Assembly: GCA_965198175.1 (NCBI GenBank)
Contig: OZ240245.1
Span: 1,184,001 to 1,248,000, forward strand
Length of the DNA: 64,000 bases
Direction of reading: 5' to 3'
Source: Candidatus Poribacteria bacterium
Lineage (GTDB): Bacteria > Poribacteria > WGA-4E > PCPOR2b
How positions within the stretch are numbered: position 1 is the first letter of the stretch; each line of letters begins with the position of its first letter. The notes beneath the pieces were generated by a model. The model saw only the letters and a program-made list of their open reading frames with translations. It was not told the DNA's origin and made no database searches. Shown here piece by piece: positions 42,581 through 49,061 of this stretch. Made by a program: the position numbers and the translations under genes.

Positions 42581-43080
42581 GCATGATCGTTTTGTGTCCA
42601 ATCGCCAAGAAATTCCAAAGTTTCAGTATCGATTACCAGCAGATAGATTTCTTCAAGTCCGGAGGCATATGAATGGCATTCGGCTTCTAGGGTCTCTGAT
42701 ATTCAAACTTCTACTTTACTCGGTTTAATATTGACACGAACCTGTTTCAAATGGTCTCATCACATTTGAATGGACTGAAGGTGGGAGCGTAAGCTTTCAG
42801 AGTAATCTCAAAGGCGTTCTCACAATGAAATTAGAGCAGGATTTTCTGGATCAGGAAGTAATGGTCTCCACCGAAGTCGAAAAAGGACAAGTCCGCGTCA
42901 CTTGGTAGCCTTCCAAAAGACAAGATTACTTGGGTATGGGGTGAACCCGGTGGCACGCGTCAAATCACGCACTCTTGCGACCGGAACCAACTTTTTAAGT
43001 TGGGTGTTACGGGACATTGGGAAAGAAATGAACCCTGTATTAACGCTTTTCGCGCAAAAATCTCTGTAGAGGAACATTAA

Positions 43081-45063
43081 ATGAAAACTTTACCAGACAA
43101 GATTACACTCAATCTTGACCTTGATAGTGACCCAGAAGTTAACGTCAAGGCCTTTATTGCGCCGATTGAGCATACTATATCCGATTTCCATGTAGAGTGG
43201 GACGCATTGGCGAATCTTCGTGTCGCTGAACCGGAAAAATGTCATTCTACATCGGTTTTTCAGTCTTTTCTCCCGACGCAATCGGTTTCAGTGGGTGAGT
43301 GCTGGCAGATTGCGGAAGACAGTGTAACGGAATTGCTCCGGCAACTGCATCCGAATCCAAATTTAGATATGCACATCAATGCTGGCGATTCTCGCGGGTT
43401 ATGGGCATGCCTACGTGCTAACAACGATAAATTCGCCGACATCGTGTTTCGGATTCATGCGGAGTTCAAGTTAGAAGACGGTTGGTTTACACCGTCCCAA
43501 TTTACCGGGTATCTTGTGATTGACCGAATCGAAGAGAAGATCGCTTTCTTTGAAATGTACGTCCCTGAAGGCACAGTAAACTTTGATGTTAACTGGAAGA
43601 AAGACAAAAATAAAAGCTATTCTATTACCGATGCCGGTCTTTGCAGGCAAATGGAACTCCGTGCCGGGACACAGAATCCGGTCCGAGATGCCGAATTCAC
43701 AAGGGATTCCATTACCTATAAAGAAGCGGAACGCATCCTGATACAGCGTTTCTATAGATCAGAACAAATTAACTGGGTGCCGCCGGAGCAGGCGTTAGAA
43801 ATAGCACAAACAAAACAGAAACCGATTCATGTTATCTCAATAGATGGACCGCTCGCTGATGAGGCGTGCTGAGGGAGCGGCAAAGGTCTGAGGGCAGGTG
43901 TGCTCTCTCATGATGAAACTATTAAATTCTTGAATGAGAACTTCATTAATACCTGGGTGTCGAATATCGTATTAGAGCGAACATCCGTAATGCGTGACTA
44001 TGCGGCACAGAGATTTGAAGACGGATCCAGGGCATTATTTGATAGAACACATCCTTTGGCAGAAGCCATCATGAAGGGATGGAAAGAACATTCACCAGCA
44101 GACTGTTTGATTATCTCGCCAGATTTTGAATTGATGGGCAGGCAACTCGTCAACGAACTCAGCGACGACAGCCAGCGTAGCGGACTCTTGCGGCATGAAT
44201 ATTACCTTGCATTCCTCAAGGAAGCCTTGGACGGGAAACAACCCGGATTGGGGAGCCCTATTCTCACCAGAGAGTCTCCTTCGCAGGAGGTGTTGGACGT
44301 TTTTCGGACCCCAACGGTCGGTTATCAAGATTATACCGTTGTTGTGATTGACACGACGGACTTTGAAAACGGCGGCGAACTCACTATTGACATTGACGTC
44401 GGCAGAGATGAAGGTGAAGGTGGGTTCTATCTGTTCGACGGCGACAGTGAACTCTCTACAGAAGAAGAAACACCTAAAGACATGCTTGCTCGGACATGGG
44501 TTGCATCCGGTGACACAAGGCAGATCACGCACCGTTTCGATCGCGGTCAACTATTTAAGTTAGGTGCCACCGGATATTGGGATAGAGAGGAACCGTGTGT
44601 CAACGCTTTCCGCGCAACAGTTTCCGTACAGGAAAATTCAGATGAGGGCACTTCAGGCACACCTTCAACTGGCTTGCGTGTTGTACTCAATAGTGCGCAA
44701 TCGTCACCGGAAATATTGGATATTTTTCGTGCACCCGGGAGCGGTTATCAAGATTATACTGTTGTCAATATTGATACCACGGCGTTTGAAGACGGTGGCA
44801 CGCTCACTATCTATGTCCGGGTCGGGAGTGCAGACGCGTCCGGTTCGTTTGACCTATTTGATAGCGACACCGAACTCCCGACAGAAGGGATGCCTAAGGA
44901 AGCACTCATTTCGGCGTGGGGTCTTAAACCCAATACAGCTACAACAATCAGACATCGTTTTGAGCGAGGCGAAGTTTTTAAGCTGGGTGCCACCGGCGAC
45001 TGGTTCAGTAAAAAAGGGGACAAAAATGCTTACTACTTAAGGATTTCTGTAGAGGAAAATTGA
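43081..45063 (+). CDS. Selenoprotein N (SELENON)-like selenoprotein, 660 aa, Sec at codon 264 (UGA 43870-43872), with two tandem C-terminal domains
   Basis: ORFs 43081-43872 and 43900-45063 are in frame and joined by TGA-GGG-AGC-GGC-AAA-GGT-CTG-AGG-GCA-GGT; DGPLADEAC-U-GSGKGLRAGVL..LNENFINTW matches SelN [29 protein letters not shown]; also FRIHAEF, WF.P.QFTG, QMEL, Y..FLKE.L. Confidence 0.88.
43870..43910 (+). promoter_or_regulatory. Putative bacterial SECIS hairpin
   Basis: Hand fold: UGAGGGAGC (43870-78) pairs with GCUCUCUCA (43902-10); apical GUC-UGAG-GGC, loop begins 16 nt after UGA with G at position 2. Confidence 0.6.
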
Positions 45064-45083
45064 AATTCAAACACCATTCAGGA

Positions 45084-45744
45084 ATTCGGTGATTCAGTGG
45101 ATATTCCAAACATTGTTATATTTGGCGGTGAATCGCAGGCTGGAACATACATTCTGCGGATTCACCTCAATGAGGACACTACATTACGGTTCGGGCGGTT
45201 CAAGAGTGGAAAGCTGATTTCGCTGCCCGCCGGTGAATATGCCTATGTCGGCTCCGCGCTCTCGGAAAAAGGCGCGACCTCACTGGCGCGGCGGCTCATT
45301 CGGCACGCAATGCGGAGTGGGAGTCAACAACCGCACCGTATTCGCGAGGAGATGATGCTCCGATTCGTTGAATGCGGTTTGGGAAACGGAAACCTACTAC
45401 CAAAGGGCGGCAAAACCTTGTTCTGGAACATAGATTTCCTCTTGGATTTGGGTTCGGCGGAGATTGTGAGCCTCTACGTCATTCGTTCACCTAACCGATT
45501 GGAAAGTAGGCTCGCTAAACAACTTGAGCGAGATTCACACACGCAAGTTATCGAACGTGGTTTAGGCGCAAACGATGTGCCAGGCAATACACATCTGTTG
45601 CACGTCCGCGCGGGGGAGCCGTGGTGGGCATCACTCCCGATTCAGCTTGCGAACGTGGCTGAAGGTAGTTCATAGTCAGCCTTTAGTGGACGATCGTGTA
45701 CCATCGGTGTCCTGAGCAGGACAAAAACTGGGGTCTGTAAGGAA
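45084..45744 (+). repeat. ~660-bp direct repeat, copy 2
   Basis: See copy 1 at 41920-42580. Confidence 0.9.
45097..45675 (+). CDS. DUF123 domain protein (GIY-YIG/Uri superfamily nuclease-like)
   Basis: GTYILRI...GEYAYVGSAL...LARRLIRH...WNIDFLL. Confidence 0.8.
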   Translation: MDIPNIVIFGGESQAGTYILRIHLNEDTTLRFGRFKSGKLISLPAGEYAYVGSALSEKGATSLARRLIRHAMRSGSQQPHRIREEMMLRFVECGLGNGNLLPKGGKTLFWNIDFLLDLGSAEIVSLYVIRSPNRLESRLAKQLERDSHTQVIERGLGANDVPGNTHLLHVRAGEPWWASLPIQLANVAEGSS

Positions 45745-45749
45745 CAGTA

Positions 45750-48590
45750 TTATTGACCGACCAGATGACTTACATCAATGCTCCAGCCCAGCGTTCCTGA
45801 ATCAATCTGCTGATATAGAATAGTTTCGCCATCGGGCGACATTGAGAGCGGACGTGCCGTTGGTGGAACGTGAAGCATGACCGCACGTTCCGACGCGAAT
45901 ATCGGTGATGATGATGTACCGTCAAGCGATACCCGCTGCAATTCGCCTTTTCGTCCAAATGCAAGATAATACATGCCGTCTGATGACCAACTCGACGGGA
46001 TATAGCCTCTTTGTAACTTCTTTGCTTCTCCGCCATCGATTGATGCAACCCATACCTCTTCTGAATTCACCGCTCCTTGTATCACCAACTGGAAGGTCAG
46101 CCGCTTTCCATCGGGTGTCCAGGAGATGTTGATTTCCATTCCAGGAGTGTTGGTTATCTGCTTGGAGTCTCCGCCCGTCGCCGGAACAACGAAGAGATCG
46201 CCCTCCATCTCATCAGTACCGAAGTGTTTTCCTTTCAATCGGAGATAAGCAATCATTCTCCCATCAGGAGACCAAACGGGTCCCATGCACTGTTCCGAAT
46301 ATGGGAGTGTTTTCACCTGACCGTCGGATACAGAAACGACACAGAGTTGAGACGTGAAATCTCCTGATGTCTCGAATCTCGCGTTGATGAACGCGATTTT
46401 TTGACTGTCGGGCGACCAGCGGGGGACGAGACCAAAAAACTCGGTCTGCACCACCTGTTTGGGTGTTCCACCTTCCACCGGCATGATGTAAAGACACGCA
46501 CTCGCTTCGAGTGATACACCCGCTAGCGCCGGATCAGTCTCCTTGGGCTTCAACTGCACGAATGCAACCCACTTTTCATCGGGCGAAAAGGTTGATTGAC
46601 CGAAGAACATATCCTCTGGAAGTTCGATGGGTAGCTCGGCAAATTGACCTGTTTCAATGTCGAAAAATCCGGGGCGCCGGTCTTTGCTAGACGCCAGAAA
46701 CAGACGACTCCCGTCAGACAACCACTGTGCGCCTTCAAGCCGAAACTCCGGATTAGTGTTTATGCGTTGTTGTTCACCGCTTTTCATGCTGAGTGCATAG
46801 GTTACCTCTCTTAAATCCTCCTGCAGAAGGATAATCTTCCCGTCAGGGGTCCACCGCAAAAGTCTTGCGTAGTTATCTGAATCCTGCCGCCTGAGTAGAA
46901 TTGGTTCGCCTGTCAAGTCACCTTCTTCGTTCACAGGAGATGCGATTATATCAATGTTTCCATCACGTAAATGGGCTCTATAGGCAATCCACTTTCCATC
47001 AGGTGAATGAATGGGGGTGTCGGAGACATGGACCTCCTCACTTACTACTGTTAATTTCGCTTTACCACCCTGAACAGGCTGTTTCCACACACGGGAGCTT
47101 TTAATCCAGAGACCTCGTCTTGATGAATAGAAAATCCATTTCCCATCAGGCGACCAAGATGGGTCAGTGTTCTCCTTCCCATCCATTGTGAAGGGACGCA
47201 CTGCTCCGTTGCTGAGGGAGACAATCCAAATATCCTTATCTTTCCCTTTCATCTTGACAAACGCGAGTTCCTGGCTGTCAGGGGCCCAACTCAGTCCGTA
47301 ACCGTGTTCGGCATCGGCATGCGCGAGAAAACGCTTCTCACCGCCTGAAGCAGGAATCAGATACAAATCATAATGTCCGCTGCCTTGATGACTTTGTTCT
47401 TGACGATAAAATGCAATCCATTTTCCATCAGGCGACCATTTAGGTCGATCAGGCCATTCACCCCCTGGACCATCTGCATAGATGGTTTTTCGTTCTACCG
47501 GTGCATTGGAGTCTAATCTGGTTAATGGATAGAGGGCAATCATCGGCTGCCGCTGAGCCGGCTGTTCCGGAAAAGGTACATAGGCGAATTGTGTGCCGTC
47601 GGGCGAAATATCAATGCTCCAGCTAAGGATCCGATCATTGGGCACGTGTATGGCAGTCACCGTTATCTTCTTTTCGTTCGATTCCTCAGTTTGTCCGATA
47701 GCAGCAAGCGTCTTGAGCGGCTCCGGTCTCCCCCCAAAATCGCCAGCTTCCCCTTCAGCACCGAGTATCGCAACCCGAGTCGCTTCTGCATCTACGGGGA
47801 GGTCGCCGTCTTCAACAACCTGTGTTTTCAGAGGTAAAGAGCCGCCCAGCCATTCGCCCAGCGGATAAAGCGGGCTGTGCGGAAGGCTCAAACTCAAAAG
47901 CAGGAGAATTACCCCACCGGCAGCGGATAGTCCCAAAGGTAGCGTGGTCTTGTGGGGCGCTGTCTGAATCTTTGCATTACTGATTAACTCCACCACGCGG
48001 GCGGTGAATCCCGGCTGTAATTTTCTTTCGGCAAAAGCGGTACGTATCATTGGAATCATCTCCTCACTTAAGGCAGTTTTCAATTTTGCTCTGGCTCGCA
48101 CGAGTCGCTGATCGATGGTATTGGGGGAAACCCGCAATGTCTGGGCAATCTCCTTGCTTTTCATGCCAGCCATGTAACGGAGCACTAACACTTGACGGTG
48201 CATCTCAGGGAGGGAAGCCAATGCCTCATGCAGTTGTTCGTCTCTCAAATTTTCCAAATGTGCCTTCATGTCCGCACGCTGAATCTCATCGTGGTCTGCA
48301 AGGTGTGTCACGTCAACCTTTCTTTTTTGGGCGTAGTGAAAATCCTTACATCGGTTCGCAGCAATCGAATAGAGCCACGGATAGAAGTTATCCCATCGCC
48401 GTAGTGTCGATAGCTTCTTATAGGCGTTGAGAAAGACATCTTGAGTGATATCCTCAGCATCTTGAAACTGCCCGATATTCGCGTACACGAGTGCGAATAT
48501 GCGCTCTTTATATTTGTCAACCAACAGAGCGAATGCTTCCGTGCTACCCGAAAGACATTGACGAACGATATGGCCATCTCCGGTGTGCAT
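45750..48590 (-). CDS. ECF sigma-70 factor fused via TM helix to a TolB/PD40-type beta-propeller
   Basis: DAEDITQDVFLNAY...FYPWLYSIA; LPEMHRQVLVLRY...EIAQTL; TM GGVILLLLSLSL; repeated P.WSPDGKWIA. Confidence 0.88.
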   Translation of the reverse strand: MHTGDGHIVRQCLSGSTEAFALLVDKYKERIFALVYANIGQFQDAEDITQDVFLNAYKKLSTLRRWDNFYPWLYSIAANRCKDFHYAQKRKVDVTHLADHDEIQRADMKAHLENLRDEQLHEALASLPEMHRQVLVLRYMAGMKSKEIAQTLRVSPNTIDQRLVRARAKLKTALSEEMIPMIRTAFAERKLQPGFTARVVELISNAKIQTAPHKTTLPLGLSAAGGVILLLLSLSLPHSPLYPLGEWLGGSLPLKTQVVEDGDLPVDAEATRVAILGAEGEAGDFGGRPEPLKTLAAIGQTEESNEKKITVTAIHVPNDRILSWSIDISPDGTQFAYVPFPEQPAQRQPMIALYPLTRLDSNAPVERKTIYADGPGGEWPDRPKWSPDGKWIAFYRQEQSHQGSGHYDLYLIPASGGEKRFLAHADAEHGYGLSWAPDSQELAFVKMKGKDKDIWIVSLSNGAVRPFTMDGKENTDPSWSPDGKWIFYSSRRGLWIKSSRVWKQPVQGGKAKLTVVSEEVHVSDTPIHSPDGKWIAYRAHLRDGNIDIIASPVNEEGDLTGEPILLRRQDSDNYARLLRWTPDGKIILLQEDLREVTYALSMKSGEQQRINTNPEFRLEGAQWLSDGSRLFLASSKDRRPGFFDIETGQFAELPIELPEDMFFGQSTFSPDEKWVAFVQLKPKETDPALAGVSLEASACLYIMPVEGGTPKQVVQTEFFGLVPRWSPDSQKIAFINARFETSGDFTSQLCVVSVSDGQVKTLPYSEQCMGPVWSPDGRMIAYLRLKGKHFGTDEMEGDLFVVPATGGDSKQITNTPGMEINISWTPDGKRLTFQLVIQGAVNSEEVWVASIDGGEAKKLQRGYIPSSWSSDGMYYLAFGRKGELQRVSLDGTSSSPIFASERAVMLHVPPTARPLSMSPDGETILYQQIDSGTLGWSIDVSHLVGQ

Positions 48591-48674
48591 CGGTGTTCCC
48601 TCGTATGAGATTGGTGTTACTATCTATATAGAAGTCACTCAACCCCGAATTCTGACATCGGGTTGATTTTTTTT
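48591..48674 (-). promoter_or_regulatory. Conserved upstream element of ECF-propeller gene (candidate autoregulated ECF promoter); second copy 51645-51728
   Basis: Minus strand A8-T(C/T)AACCCGATGT(C/A)A(G/T)AATTCG...CTATATAG..AGTAACA...ATCTCAT.CGAGGGA upstream of both paralogues. Confidence 0.5.
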
Positions 48675-49061
48675 GAGGAGAAAAGTCGCAACCGCTACAG
48701 TGGAATTGAAAGTGTTCCTGCGAATATTGTACCCAGTCTGAATCAGAATTTACAGGATTTTAGGATTTGCAGGATACGGCATCAGCTCACACGGGAATTG
48801 ATTGTGCACAGAGGTGATTATTGGGGGCAAAGGTGTGGAAATACACATAGAGCATACGTTCCCGCAAACTGTACCGTATAGAAAAGAAAAAGGCGTCCAT
48901 CTGCTGTAACACTGGGGCAAATGGGCGCCGCTGTGTGTGCAATAGTCATTGTAACTAAGATTGAAATGGCTCCTTCGTTGGTACTTTGAGTTTGTTTTGC
49001 TATCCGATGAGGGTCGTCTGGAGATCGGGATGTGAGATGAGAATTTATCGGCAGCACAAGC

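Noticed and set aside
42531..42908. Short ORF 42531-42728 and an open stretch ending at 42908 upstream of the SelN-like gene
   Set aside because: No recognisable family; the start overlaps the repeat flank; treated as probable debris.
41906..45099. Both DUF123 copies are in frame with the upstream gene's TGA with no stop between (41906-41935 and 45061-45099)
   Set aside because: Spacers are only 8-11 codons, the upstream genes are unrelated to each other, and no SECIS-like structure was seen.
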